Below are positions 9,548 through 19,585 of a stretch of DNA of 64,000 nucleotides, one piece after another. The DNA is from Candidatus Latescibacterota bacterium (GTDB taxonomy: Bacteria > Latescibacterota > UBA2968 > UBA8231), in assembly GCA_965200315.1 (NCBI GenBank), contig OZ241362.1:1120001-1184000 (forward strand), given 5' to 3'. The translations under genes were made by a program, and so were the position numbers. Every line of letters begins with the position of its first letter. Positions within the stretch are counted from its first letter, which is position 1. The notes under the pieces are model-generated. The model saw only the letters and a list, made by a program, of their open reading frames with translations. It ran no database searches and had not been told where the DNA came from.

Positions 9548-9599
9548 ACTGCACTTGTGTTCACTAATTAAACATACTGAACACAAGTGCAGTTGTCAA
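9548..9599 (-). promoter_or_regulatory. Sigma-70 promoter overlapped by a perfect 16-bp inverted repeat (two GAAC-N4-GTGC boxes)
   Basis: Minus strand TTGACA-N17-TATGTT; ACTGCACTTGTGTTCA (9548-9563) and TGAACACAAGTGCAGT (9578-9593). Confidence 0.65.
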
Positions 9600-9632
9600 G
9601 CAATTTAACCCCTTGCAGCGCGTTTTTTTCTC

Positions 9633-10001
9633 TCAAACTCTCCATCGCCGCAGGCTAAACTCGCCGTTGTCCAGCCACCTCCAGCCCACGTAGAGCATCG
9701 CCAGCATCAAGGCAACTTTCAGCAGCAAAAACACAGCCCCAAAGACGCCGGACACCAAGCCCCACGCGGCCCAAAATGCCAGCCAGACCCCAGCGAGTAG
9801 GACCAAAGCTCCGACGACCCGGCCCAAGATGCTCTCGCCGCGCAACCAGCGCAGACCTATGTAGAGTGCCCCGGCAGCCAAGGCCCCGACCGCGACCGCG
9901 CCGAGCAAACCAAAGAGGCTGCCGAACAAGGGCCAAATCAGCTTGATCCCCCAAGCAACGCCCCCAATTAGCAATAGTACACCTAGTATTCTGGCCAACA
10001 T
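9633..10001 (-). CDS. Small integral membrane protein with internal duplication
   Basis: About four hydrophobic segments; halves LARILGVLLLIGG..LYIGLRWL and LGRVVGALVLLAG..LYVGWRWL. Confidence 0.8.
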   Translation of the reverse strand: MLARILGVLLLIGGVAWGIKLIWPLFGSLFGLLGAVAVGALAAGALYIGLRWLRGESILGRVVGALVLLAGVWLAFWAAWGLVSGVFGAVFLLLKVALMLAMLYVGWRWLDNGEFSLRRWRV

Positions 10002-10013
10002 GACCGGCCTCCT

Positions 10014-10679
10014 TTACGATGTCTTTGCCGCTTTCAGCGCGGCTAGTTCCTCTGCGACCTTGTGGTCGCGCTCGGCGCGGTGCTTGGCGGCTAGCCCGCG
10101 CAGTACTTCGGCCTCAGCGACGGCCTGATCCACCTGTTGCTCAAAGCGCGCCAGTTCGCGCTCGCTTTGCTGTACCCGCTGCGCGATCGCGTCAAAGCGG
10201 AGCGCGGGCGTGTCTTCGCCGAATGCTACACCGCGCTCGCGCTCGGCGCAACAGCGGGCGATTAGCTGACCCCGCCGAGCGCGGATATCGCGCAGTTTTT
10301 GGCGCAGGAGCTCGACTTGCTCCTCTAGCTGGACCACGGTGTCGCAGCTTTCTGCGAGGGCCGGTTCCAGCCGCCCGTGCGCTTGGTCCAGCTCCGCCTT
10401 CTGTACCAAGGCGAGCCGTGCGTCTTCGTCGTTTCCGGCCTCCACCGCGGCGGCGGCCTTCGCTTGCCATAGCTGCATCTGCTCGGCGTTGCGCTGGCGG
10501 GTGCGCTCTAGACGCCGCTTGGTGGCCCGCGCCTTGACCAAAGAATCTACGGCTTGGTCAACGGCCCGCTCGGCGTCGCGGACGATTTGATCCACCATCT
10601 TCGCCGGATCCTCGATCCGGTCCAGCACCTCGTTGAGGTTCGCCTTCCAGATGGTAGCGATTCGCTCTATTGCTCCCAT
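10014..10679 (-). CDS. pspA: PspA/IM30 (ESCRT-III-like) family protein
   Basis: IERIATIWKANLNEVLDRIEDPAKMVDQIVRD, WQAKAAAAVEAGNDEDARLAL, EELAALK. Confidence 0.9.
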   Translation of the reverse strand: MGAIERIATIWKANLNEVLDRIEDPAKMVDQIVRDAERAVDQAVDSLVKARATKRRLERTRQRNAEQMQLWQAKAAAAVEAGNDEDARLALVQKAELDQAHGRLEPALAESCDTVVQLEEQVELLRQKLRDIRARRGQLIARCCAERERGVAFGEDTPALRFDAIAQRVQQSERELARFEQQVDQAVAEAEVLRGLAAKHRAERDHKVAEELAALKAAKTS

Positions 10680-10700
10680 GATATGTCTCCTATGTCACGC

Positions 10701-10910
10701 CTAAAGGCGCTGTGAAGTGGGGTTGGTGTTTTGGGCCGCCCGACCGCGCTGCCGCTGCCGCCGCGCAAAAGGCGATTCAATGTCGTATTTGCGGCAGAGC
10801 CGGCTAAAACTGCGAATCGTGATCCCCAGTGCCCGGCTGGCGTCCTGATTGCATTTGTACATCCGCGCTACGCGCTCGATCTGCTCCCTGCTAAATCCTT
10901 TGTTCACCAA
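10701..10910 (-). CDS. Small Fis-type helix-turn-helix protein
   Basis: NQDASRALGITIRSFSRLCRKYDI resembles the Fis/bEBP C-terminal HTH; RBS AAGGAGG. Confidence 0.7.
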   Translation of the reverse strand: MVNKGFSREQIERVARMYKCNQDASRALGITIRSFSRLCRKYDIESPFARRQRQRGRAAQNTNPTSQRL

Positions 10911-10950
10911 GGTATCCTCCTTGTTGGGGTACGAGATTTACCCCGTTTAT

Positions 10951-10967
10951 TAGCAAAGGGCGTACCG
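10951..10967 (-). promoter_or_regulatory. Sigma-54 (-24/-12) promoter of the psp-like operon
   Basis: Minus strand CGGTACGCCCTTTGCTA = GG-N10-GC, about 40 bp upstream of the first gene. Confidence 0.7.
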
Positions 10968-11149
10968 CCGCTTTGCGCCGTGTACAACTTGTTTGTAGGC
11001 AACCAGATAGGATTCTAAGAGAAGAGTGGAGCACCGCCCGCGTCTACGGCGGCATTCGCCACTTCTGGCGCGAGCCGCCAGCCGCTCGCACACATCGCGG
11101 CGCACGTTGACGAGCTAAAAGAGCATGTTTAGTTTATATTATCCTCCAA

Positions 11150-11183
11150 TTGTTTTATATACAAAACAAATGTTTTATAACAT
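11150..11183. promoter_or_regulatory. Tandem near-palindromic operator candidates upstream of the desaturase
   Basis: TTGTTTTATATACAAAACAA followed by ATGTTTTATAACAT in an AT-rich intergenic region. Confidence 0.45.
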
Positions 11184-11329
11184 AGTCATAATTGGCATCA
11201 AAAGGCTCATCGTGGAAAAACCGCTTGAATCGCTAGCTTAACTTGTCCATTTTCTCTTATATTTTGTATTTATAAATAAAACCATGCCGCCCGTGTATCT
11301 TTCAATCACTCAGTGATGGAGAATCTCAG

Positions 11330-12319
11330 TTGAATCCGCACAAGAGAGAAGTCATTGCGAGCATGGAGGATTTTGTCAGGGACCAGCTCCAGCTACTCAA
11401 ATCCGTAGAAGACAGTTGGCAGCCCGACGATTTTCTCCCCAATGTGGGCGCGGAAAACTGGGAAGACTCCATCCGCGAATTCCGCACCCGCGCCCAAGCG
11501 CTTCCCGACGATGTCCTCGTCGTCCTCGTCGGCGACATGATTACCGAGGAAGCCCTGCCCACCTATCAGACCTTGCTCAACAGCTTTGAAGGCGTGTCGG
11601 ACACCACCGGCACGGATCCCAGCCCGTGGGCCCAGTGGTCGCGCGGTTGGACGGCCGAGGAAAATCGCCACGGCGACCTGCTCAACAAATACCTCTTCCT
11701 CACCGGCCGCGTCGATATGCGCGCCATCGAAACGACCATCCAACATCTGCTGCGCAATGGCTTCAACCCGCAAGCCGCCCAAGATCCCTACAAAGGCTTC
11801 GTCTATACGTCTTTTCAAGAGCGGGCGACCCGCATCTCCCATAGCAACGTGGCCCGCTTGGCGCAAAAGGCCGGCGATTCTCACCTCAAGACCATCTGCG
11901 GCGTCGTGGCCGGCGACGAAGCCCGCCACGAAAGAGCGTACACGAACTTTATCAAGAAAATTTTCGAGCTAGACCCCAACGGCGCGGTATTGGCCTTCCG
12001 CGACCTGATGAAACGCCAAGTCGTCATGCCCGCTCACCTGATGACCGACGGGCAGGACCCCAACCTCTTTGAACATTTCTCGCTGGTGGCCCAGCGGCTC
12101 GGGGTGTACACGGCCAAGCACTACTCAGAAATCACCCAGCACCTAGTCCGCCAGTGGGGATTGGATTCGCTCAGCGGCCTCACCGGCGAAGCGGCCGCCG
12201 CCCAAGACTACTTGTGCTCGCTCGGGCCGCGCTACGCTAAGCTAGCCGAGCGCAACGAGCGACGGCTAAAGGACACCTCACCATTGAGGTTTAGTTGGAT
12301 CCACAACCGCTGCGTCTAA
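11330..12319 (+). CDS. Soluble acyl-ACP desaturase (ferritin-like diiron)
   Basis: WQPDDFLP, GDMITEEALPTY, WTAEENRHGDLL, YTSFQERAT, DEARHE. Confidence 0.92.
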   Translation: MNPHKREVIASMEDFVRDQLQLLKSVEDSWQPDDFLPNVGAENWEDSIREFRTRAQALPDDVLVVLVGDMITEEALPTYQTLLNSFEGVSDTTGTDPSPWAQWSRGWTAEENRHGDLLNKYLFLTGRVDMRAIETTIQHLLRNGFNPQAAQDPYKGFVYTSFQERATRISHSNVARLAQKAGDSHLKTICGVVAGDEARHERAYTNFIKKIFELDPNGAVLAFRDLMKRQVVMPAHLMTDGQDPNLFEHFSLVAQRLGVYTAKHYSEITQHLVRQWGLDSLSGLTGEAAAAQDYLCSLGPRYAKLAERNERRLKDTSPLRFSWIHNRCV

Positions 12320-12336
12320 CCGGGGCCGCAGCCAGC

Positions 12337-13179
12337 ATGCGTCCACGGCCTTCCGACCCTTTTTTCGCCCTCGTCCAAAAAGCGCGCGACTCCTCCGGCG
12401 AGATCGACCTCGCCCGCGGAGCCTTGCTCATTGCCCTGCAAGCGTATCCCGACCTCGATATCGAGCACTACCTGCGGCAGCTCGACGCGCTAAGCGAGGG
12501 CTTTCGCGCCCGCTATGCCGCGGCCGACACCTTGCCGGCCGCACTGGCTAACCTGAGCCAATACGTGTTCGGCGACCTCGGCTTCCGCGGCGACCACACC
12601 CACTACGACGATCCCCGCAACAGCTACCTCAACGAGGTCCTCGACCGCCGCCTCGGCATTCCCATCACCCTAGCGGTCGTCTATCTAGAACTGGGCAAGC
12701 GGCTGTCCTTCCCCCTCGCAGGGGTCAATTTTCCGCATCACTTCCTCGTGCGCAGCACCCAAGGCGATGATCCGCTCTTCGTCGATCCCTTTGCCGACGG
12801 CACTTTTGTCGATGGCGAGTCCTTGGGCGAGCGGCTACCGGTCATTGAGGGGCGTCGGCTCGAATTGGCCCCCGAGTTCATTGAGCCGACCTCGTCGCTG
12901 CACATCTTAGCGCGGATGCTCCGCAACCTCAAACGCCTCCACTTCCAAGCCCGCGAGTTTTCCACCGCCATCCGCTGGGCCGAGAAAATCGCGTATCTAC
13001 TGCCAGCCGAAGCCGAAAACTACCGAGACCTCGGCTTTCTCTACCACCACACCCGCGAGTACCTCAAGGCCATTGAGGCCTTTAGCGAGTATCTCCGCCA
13101 AACCGGCGACGCCCCGGACGCCCCCACCATCGAGCACAACATCCGCGTTCTTGCCAATCGCCTGATTCCGCTCAACTGA
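12337..13179 (+). CDS. SirB1-like transglutaminase-fold protein with C-terminal TPR
   Basis: YDDPRNSYLNEVLDRRLGIPITL, GVNFPHHFLV, ILARMLRNLK, RDLGFLY. Confidence 0.85.
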   Translation: MRPRPSDPFFALVQKARDSSGEIDLARGALLIALQAYPDLDIEHYLRQLDALSEGFRARYAAADTLPAALANLSQYVFGDLGFRGDHTHYDDPRNSYLNEVLDRRLGIPITLAVVYLELGKRLSFPLAGVNFPHHFLVRSTQGDDPLFVDPFADGTFVDGESLGERLPVIEGRRLELAPEFIEPTSSLHILARMLRNLKRLHFQAREFSTAIRWAEKIAYLLPAEAENYRDLGFLYHHTREYLKAIEAFSEYLRQTGDAPDAPTIEHNIRVLANRLIPLN

Positions 13180-13180
13180 C

Positions 13181-14704
13181 CTAGTCCGCTTCGCGCTCTG
13201 CCGGGCTGACGTCTTCTTTGGCCGTCAACCAACGCATGACCTCTCCCAGCCGCGGCGGCTTACCCGTCATCAAGATGCCGATGCGGAAGACCTTGCTCGC
13301 CCCCTGTACCGCAAAGTAGATAGACAAAAGAAGCAGCACCGTAGTGGTCAAATACTCCCACAGCGGCGGCGAGCCAGCGGCCCGATTCATCATGACAAAA
13401 GGGGTGAAGGGCGGGATGTAGGACATAATCCGCGCCAAGGTGCCGTTGGGGTCTTGGGTTATGGGGACCATCATAAGCAACGGCACGATCAGCGGTACGA
13501 GGAGCGGCAACATCAGGCTCTGCGCGTCTTTTAAGCTATTGCACAGCGAGCCGGCTCCCACCAGCAAGCAGGCGTACAACAGGAATCCAGCCAAAAAGTA
13601 AAAGACAAAGGACCACAAATACAGCGGAGTGCTAGCAATGCCGACAATGGAAGCCACCTCGTCCCCCACTGCGACCGGCGCGACCACTACCCCCACCACA
13701 ACGCACACGACCCAAGTAAAGACCAAAGTCAGCCCAACCGCGGCCGTACCGGCGATTTTGCCAGTCATCAACTCAAAGGGCGAGAGCGCGGACAGCAGCA
13801 CTTCGATAAGGCGCGACGATTTCTCCTCCACCGTATTGGTCATAAGCGTCTGCGCGTTGATAAATATCGCCATCCACAATAGATAAACGAACGGTACTAC
13901 AGCCCACTGTTGGACCCTATCGGCTGTGGAAACCTCGGCCTCGCCGCCGCGCTTATCGACCTTGCGTTCCGCAAAATGCAGTGGGGTCTGCAACCAGTCG
14001 CTCGTTTCTGCGTCGAGGCCCGCCTGTTCAATGCGCCGCGCCCGCACCACTTGGAATACCTGGTCTGCAAACCAATGGCGCAAGTCCTGGTCGGTCCGGT
14101 TCAAAGAGATGTATTTGCACCCCTCGTCGCTGGCGACGGGATCTGGGGAGATGACGAAGTAAGCAAAGAGCGAGCCGTCGTTCACCATGCGATTGAGCGC
14201 GGCTGGCTCATCGTCGCCGCTGGGCACCTCCACCCGGACATAGCGGCTGCGCGAGAGTTCCAAGTCGAGTCCCTCCAACTCTTCAGCCGACACCTGCTGC
14301 CACCACTCGACGAGGCCAGCCGCGACCTCATCTCCGCCTGCAGCGAGGTCTTGGACCAGCGCCGGCCGCTCCGCTTCCGCCAAGCTCACATAGACCTCCG
14401 CGGCGGCCCGGACCGCACCCGGCAAGCGCTCCCAAGCCCGACCACCAGCGCGATAGCGCTCGGCCGCATCCCGCAGCACTATGCCCAGATCTTCGGCCAA
14501 AATGCCCTTTTCCACCTCCTCTTGCACAAAACCCGAATGGTCGATCACCGCATAGGTACGCGCCTGTTTGGTCTCGCTCAATAGAATGGGCACCACAACG
14601 CTCAACGCGAGGATGAGCGGGAAGGCCAAGACTCCAATCCAAAACCCCTTGGTGCGGACATGCTCCATGTATTCGCGGTGTGCAACCAAAGCAATTTTAC
14701 GCAT
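13181..14704 (-). CDS. ABC-2 type exporter permease (NatB-like)
   Basis: REYMEHVRTKGF, VEEKSSRLIEVLLS, GKIAG, PPFTPFVM. Confidence 0.88.
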   Translation of the reverse strand: MRKIALVAHREYMEHVRTKGFWIGVLAFPLILALSVVVPILLSETKQARTYAVIDHSGFVQEEVEKGILAEDLGIVLRDAAERYRAGGRAWERLPGAVRAAAEVYVSLAEAERPALVQDLAAGGDEVAAGLVEWWQQVSAEELEGLDLELSRSRYVRVEVPSGDDEPAALNRMVNDGSLFAYFVISPDPVASDEGCKYISLNRTDQDLRHWFADQVFQVVRARRIEQAGLDAETSDWLQTPLHFAERKVDKRGGEAEVSTADRVQQWAVVPFVYLLWMAIFINAQTLMTNTVEEKSSRLIEVLLSALSPFELMTGKIAGTAAVGLTLVFTWVVCVVVGVVVAPVAVGDEVASIVGIASTPLYLWSFVFYFLAGFLLYACLLVGAGSLCNSLKDAQSLMLPLLVPLIVPLLMMVPITQDPNGTLARIMSYIPPFTPFVMMNRAAGSPPLWEYLTTTVLLLLSIYFAVQGASKVFRIGILMTGKPPRLGEVMRWLTAKEDVSPAEREAD

Positions 14705-15608
14705 CGTTGGCCTCCCCTATGGCGCGGATGAAGATCTCGTGCAAAGAGGCCGTGCGCAGGGCAAAGCCCCGTATCTGCACCTTGGGGACGAGCGCGGCCA
14801 ACAGTGCCTGCGAGTCCGCGTCCTTGGCCAGAAAAAGCTCGGCCCGCTTGCCCGAGTCGTTGACCCGGACAACGCCCGGCAGACCGCGCAGCAGACGCCC
14901 GTCGCCATCGTAGTCGAGCACTGCGGCTCGCCCCCCGCTGGCGAGCACTTGGCCCAACGCGCCATCGACGACCTTCTGACCCTTGTTGATCAGCGCGACA
15001 AAGTCGCATAGCTGCTCGGCCTGCTCCATCAGGTGGGTCGAAAAAATCACGGTCTTGCCGTCGCGGGGCATCTGCAAGATGACGTCCCGCATCAGATCGC
15101 GGTTGACCGGGTCCAGCCCGGAAAAAGGCTCGTCGAGAATGACTAGCTCAGGCTCGTGGATCAGCGCTGCGAGCAATTGTACCTTTTGCTCCATGCCCTT
15201 GGAAAGCACCTCGCAGCGTCGGTCTTGATAGTCGCCGAGGCCATAGCGCTGCAACAACTCGGCGGCCCGCTGCTGCGCCACATCCGCGGCAACCCCCTTG
15301 AGCCGGGCAAAATAAATCATCAACTCGGCGACCTTCATCTTCTTGTACAAACCCTTTTCCTCGGGCAGGTAACCGAGTTGGTCCTTGACCGCAAGGGCCT
15401 GTTGCCCGTCGAGCAGGCCGATGCGCCCGGAGTCGGCGAAGAAAATGCTCATCATCATGCGGATGAGGGTCGTCTTGCCCGCGCCATTGGGACCCAACAG
15501 GCCGTAGATACACCCGGCGGGCACGCGCAGCGACACCCCGCGCACGGCCTCGACCGTGCCGAAACGCTTCCACACATCTTCGAGCTGTACTGCCGTTGAA
15601 AAAGCCAT
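14697..15608 (-). CDS. ABC exporter ATP-binding protein (NatA-like)
   Basis: GPNGAGKTT, LSKGMEQK, ILDEPFSGLDP, STH. Confidence 0.92.
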   Translation of the reverse strand: MAFSTAVQLEDVWKRFGTVEAVRGVSLRVPAGCIYGLLGPNGAGKTTLIRMMMSIFFADSGRIGLLDGQQALAVKDQLGYLPEEKGLYKKMKVAELMIYFARLKGVAADVAQQRAAELLQRYGLGDYQDRRCEVLSKGMEQKVQLLAALIHEPELVILDEPFSGLDPVNRDLMRDVILQMPRDGKTVIFSTHLMEQAEQLCDFVALINKGQKVVDGALGQVLASGGRAAVLDYDGDGRLLRGLPGVVRVNDSGKRAELFLAKDADSQALLAALVPKVQIRGFALRTASLHEIFIRAIGEANDA

Positions 15609-15725
15609 GCCTTTTGCGCTCCTTTCTCATGGGTTCGGGTTGGCAAGAAAAATCTATATGTATTGTTTTACCGTTCAAAGCCTATCTCTGCGATAGCCCA
15701 AACCGCATCTTATAGGAGGTTTCTC

Positions 15726-16814
15726 ATGCCCAAGCTCTTCGGCCGCAACTTCACCCGCCGCCAGCTTCTCAGTCGCGTCGGCGACATCAGCCAACTCATA
15801 TACGCCCGCCGCGCCGAGCGCCGCGAAGGATTCGAGCGCGGGGCCGACCTCATCGACGTGTTCAACGCTTCGGGCTTGGGGTTTTCCGTGTTACCCGGCC
15901 GCGCCCTCGACATTGCCTCGGCCCACTACAAGGGCCAGTCGCTGTGCTTCCGCTCCGGCCCCGGCGACGTCGGACCGGCCTTCTACGAGCCAGAGGGCTT
16001 CAAATGGGGGCGCGGCTGGTTCGGCGGGCTAGTCACCTCGTGCGGCCTCGATTTTGTCGGCCACCCAGAAGTCGATCCCGAAGAAGAAAACGCCGAAATG
16101 CCGCTGCACGGCCGCCTCTCGTACATACCGGCGAAGAACGTCGGCATTGAGGCCGGCTGGGAGGGCGCCGATTACGTCGTGCGCATCCGCGGCCAAATGC
16201 GCCAAGCCGAGGTCTTTGCCGAGAATTTAGAGCTGTCGCGCGAAATTTCGACCGTGCTCGGCGAGCGGAGTATCCGCATCCGAGACCGCATCGAAAACCT
16301 CGCGGCCGACCGCTCGCCGCTCATGTTCGTGTATCACTGCAACCCCGGCTTCCCCCTCCTCGACGAAGGAACGCGCCTCGTCCTCCACAGCCGCGAGAGC
16401 ACCGAGTGGACCGAGGACCGCCCCGTCGGTCCCGAGGCCTACACCGTGGCCAAAGGGCCGCAACCGCGCCCCCACGACGATGTGTACGTGCATCGGCCCC
16501 GCACCGACCGCCAAGGGCGCGTCCACATCGGCCTGCTCAACGAAAAGCTCGGCTTGGGATTGTATTGGCAGTTCAAGCACAGCGAGATCCCCATCGTCAA
16601 CCATTGGCAGCACTTCCACAAGGGCACTTACGTCACCGGCATTGAGCCGGGCAACTGCTCGGTGCTCGGCCGCGCTTGGAACCGCAAGCACGGGACCTTG
16701 CAGTACATCGAGCCGGGCGAGGTGCGCGAGTTCAACATGGAAATCGGTGTGCTAGACGGGGCGGACGAGATGCGCGAGTTTGAGCGGAAGGTCGAGCGAG
16801 GATTGGCCAAGTAG
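15726..16814 (+). CDS. Aldose 1-epimerase-like (DUF4432) protein
   Basis: LPGRALDI, GGLVTSCGL, LHGRLS, YHCNPGFP, YVTGIEPGN; RBS AGGAGG. Confidence 0.8.
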   Translation: MPKLFGRNFTRRQLLSRVGDISQLIYARRAERREGFERGADLIDVFNASGLGFSVLPGRALDIASAHYKGQSLCFRSGPGDVGPAFYEPEGFKWGRGWFGGLVTSCGLDFVGHPEVDPEEENAEMPLHGRLSYIPAKNVGIEAGWEGADYVVRIRGQMRQAEVFAENLELSREISTVLGERSIRIRDRIENLAADRSPLMFVYHCNPGFPLLDEGTRLVLHSRESTEWTEDRPVGPEAYTVAKGPQPRPHDDVYVHRPRTDRQGRVHIGLLNEKLGLGLYWQFKHSEIPIVNHWQHFHKGTYVTGIEPGNCSVLGRAWNRKHGTLQYIEPGEVREFNMEIGVLDGADEMREFERKVERGLAK

Positions 16815-16934
16815 GGAGCCAGGGATTTCGTCCCGTATGCCGACCACTGGGTGCCCTGAGCAACGCAGGGCTAGCGGCCGCGCTAGCCTGAGGGAGCATA
16901 CCTTTATCGGGGACCATCCCAAAACAAAAGGCGA

Positions 16935-18826
16935 GTGACCATGGCAGGCTCCCTAGAGGCACGCGAATTGACCCAAACCCCACCTAAGTGGGCCCTGCTT
17001 CAGCGCCAGCTATTCGACGCGATCGAGTACGCCGCTCCGCAGGCACTCGAGAGATACACCCATCGAGATGGACGCCTGCTCTGGCCTCCCAGCTCCGACT
17101 TCGAGAGCATCGATGCGCTCGACGACTGCTACGAAAGCTTCCACAACTGGCCACTCTTCTACCTTCTTGGCGGTAGCGACCAGTTCTTAGCCGACGCCCA
17201 GCGGGAGTTCGACGTCATCAATGAGCAGATGAGCCAGCACGGCACGGGACACGGTTACCCCATGGTGGTGCGGGAGTACCAGCCGGGCTACGACTGGTTC
17301 CATCAGGGCGAGGGCAACTACCTGTTCTACATGCTCTGCATGGCCGATCCGACCAACAGAGCCAACATCGAGCGCGCCCGGCGCTTCGCCGGGCTGTTCC
17401 TCGGCGAGGATCCAGCGGTGCCCAACTACGACCCGGAACACCGGATCATCCGCTGCGCGAGAAACGGCAGCAAGGGGCCGGCCTACTGGGCCTTTGAGGA
17501 AGGTCCGCATTGGCCCTATGAGGGGTACAACCTGCCCTTCTACGACGTGCCGGGATGCACCAATCACGAGGCGGTGCGAGGCCGTCCCGAGTTGGCCGAG
17601 CGGCTGGGCCTAGCCATGCGCGATCGCATGGGCCGCGGCGACGCCGTGGTCAACCTCTTGGCGACCACTTTGGCGGCCAACGCCTACCTGCTGACGGCGG
17701 ATGAGAAATACCGCGACTGGGTCTTGGAATACACCGAGGCCTGGATGGAGCGCACCGACGCCAACGGCGGCATCGTACCCGACAACGTCGGCCTCTCCGG
17801 TGTCGTGGGCGAACACACCAACGGCAAGTGGTATGGGTCGAGCTACGGCTGGGCTTGGCCCCACGGTTGGCACAGCGTGGGGCAGGCCGTGGGGGTTGCA
17901 GCCCAAAACTGCGCCCTGTTGACGCGCCGACTTGAATACATGGACTTTCCGCGGTCGCAAATCGACGTCCTCATTTCCCGCGGGATTGAGCGCGACGATC
18001 AGCTCTACGTACCCCACAAGTACGATGATTCCGGCGAGTCGACTACGAGCCGGGCGAGTGGATGTGGTACCCGATCCGCAAGGAGGACGGCACGGCCCTA
18101 CAGCAGGACGGCTGGTTCGAGTTCATGCCCATGTACCCGTCCGACATCGCCCATCTGTGGTGCATGTCGATGGCCCGGTCCGATTCGCGGCGCTTCGAGC
18201 AGACCCGCAAGCGATCGGGGGATCCGTTCGCCGTCAACTCGTGGCACCACACCAAGGATCAGGGCGGGCACGACTGGGGCTGGATGGCCTACCTGCACGG
18301 CGAGTTCCCCGAGTATCCAGAGCGGATCCTCGAACACAATCTGGCCCAAGTGCGGGCGCGCCTCGACTTCATGGCGCAGGACGAGCAAGACCCGGCGACC
18401 TACGGCGACGCCTATTTCCAGCAGCGAAATCCCGTTACCTGCGAAGGCCTAGTGCAGCTCACCATGGGGGCCCCTCTCCCTCATTACAACGGGGGCCTGC
18501 TAGTCGCGAGCCTGCGCCACTTCGACGCCCAGCGCCGTCGTCCGGGGCTTCCGCCCGATGTGGCCGCGCTGGTGTCGGGGCTGAGCGACGACCGGGCCGA
18601 ACTGACCGTGGTGAACGCAAGCCCCACGGAGCGCCGGGAGGTGCTGATCCAAGCAGGGGGCATGGGGGAACACGAGTTCACCGAGGTCGAGGTCGGCGGG
18701 GCGTCCCAGCGCGTTTCGGTGAGCGGCAAGACGCTCGCGCTGGCTCTGCCGCCGCGCACTCAGGCCCGACTCGTGCTGGGCATGAAGCGCTTCATCCACG
18801 AGCCGAGTCTGGCCCCGCCGTGGTGA
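16935..18826 (+). pseudogene. About 630-aa hypothetical protein split by a -1 frameshift near 18037
   Basis: ORFs 16935-18452 and 18062-18826 join as ..YDDSGE[V]DYEPGEWMWYP.. if one G is restored in GGCGAGTCGAC. Confidence 0.7.
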
Positions 18827-18837
18827 GAGTCGAAGCA

Positions 18838-19560
18838 CTATAGTTCGGACGCCCATTCCTCATACGCCCGCCGCACCGCTTCCCGATCGCCGAACGGCCG
18901 GTACAGGAGCCGCGCCCGGTAGCGGTAGGTCCGGCCGATCTCCGGGGCGCGGATGACGTACTGCCAGTCCCAAGCCGGGCTGTGTGGGTCCGGCCGGCCG
19001 CGCTCGTCCCGGATGAAGTTCCACAGGGCGAAGCGGATGGGTGCCTCCTGATCGAACATCATCGCATAGACCATCTGGTCGTCCGCGCTCGACAGGTCGC
19101 CGTCGCCATCCGCCAGACCATAGTAGAACGGCAGGAGGAAGCACTTGCGGGGATCTTCGACGATGTTGAGGGTTTCGGCCCCTTCTTCGTACGGGAGGGG
19201 ATCGACCGAGGCGTGGGCGACGGTGCCGGTCTCAAAGTGGCCGTCCGCAAGGTCTTCACCGAAGCGGACCCAGCCTTCCTCCCCTTCGCAGGTCCCGTAG
19301 AAATGGATCGCCCGGCCGCCGGTGCGGTTCATGTAGGAGGCCCACATGAAGACGACGTACCCGAGCGGGGCGCATCGTTCGTCGGTCAGGCGGGCGGTGA
19401 ACTCCATATCGACGCAGTCTGGCCCGAAGCAATAGCGCATCGCGCTCTCGATCCCCCAAGAGGAGTCCGCGGCCGGGTGGCAGACCGACGCTTCGCCGGG
19501 CGCATGGGAGAGGAGGAAGCCCCTGAAGGAGCCGCCACTCAGTTCGATGGTCGCGGCCAT
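18838..19560 (-). CDS. Hypothetical protein
   Basis: 240-aa ORF with natural composition (FMWASYMN, HSPAWDWQYVI); RBS GAGGGAG. Confidence 0.7.
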   Translation of the reverse strand: MAATIELSGGSFRGFLLSHAPGEASVCHPAADSSWGIESAMRYCFGPDCVDMEFTARLTDERCAPLGYVVFMWASYMNRTGGRAIHFYGTCEGEEGWVRFGEDLADGHFETGTVAHASVDPLPYEEGAETLNIVEDPRKCFLLPFYYGLADGDGDLSSADDQMVYAMMFDQEAPIRFALWNFIRDERGRPDPHSPAWDWQYVIRAPEIGRTYRYRARLLYRPFGDREAVRRAYEEWASEL

Positions 19561-19585
19561 GCCGCTGTCTCCCTCATCTCAAACC

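Noticed and set aside
18040-18452. C-terminal tail of ORF 16935-18452 and ORF 17932-18843
   Set aside because: Out-of-frame read-through after the frameshift.
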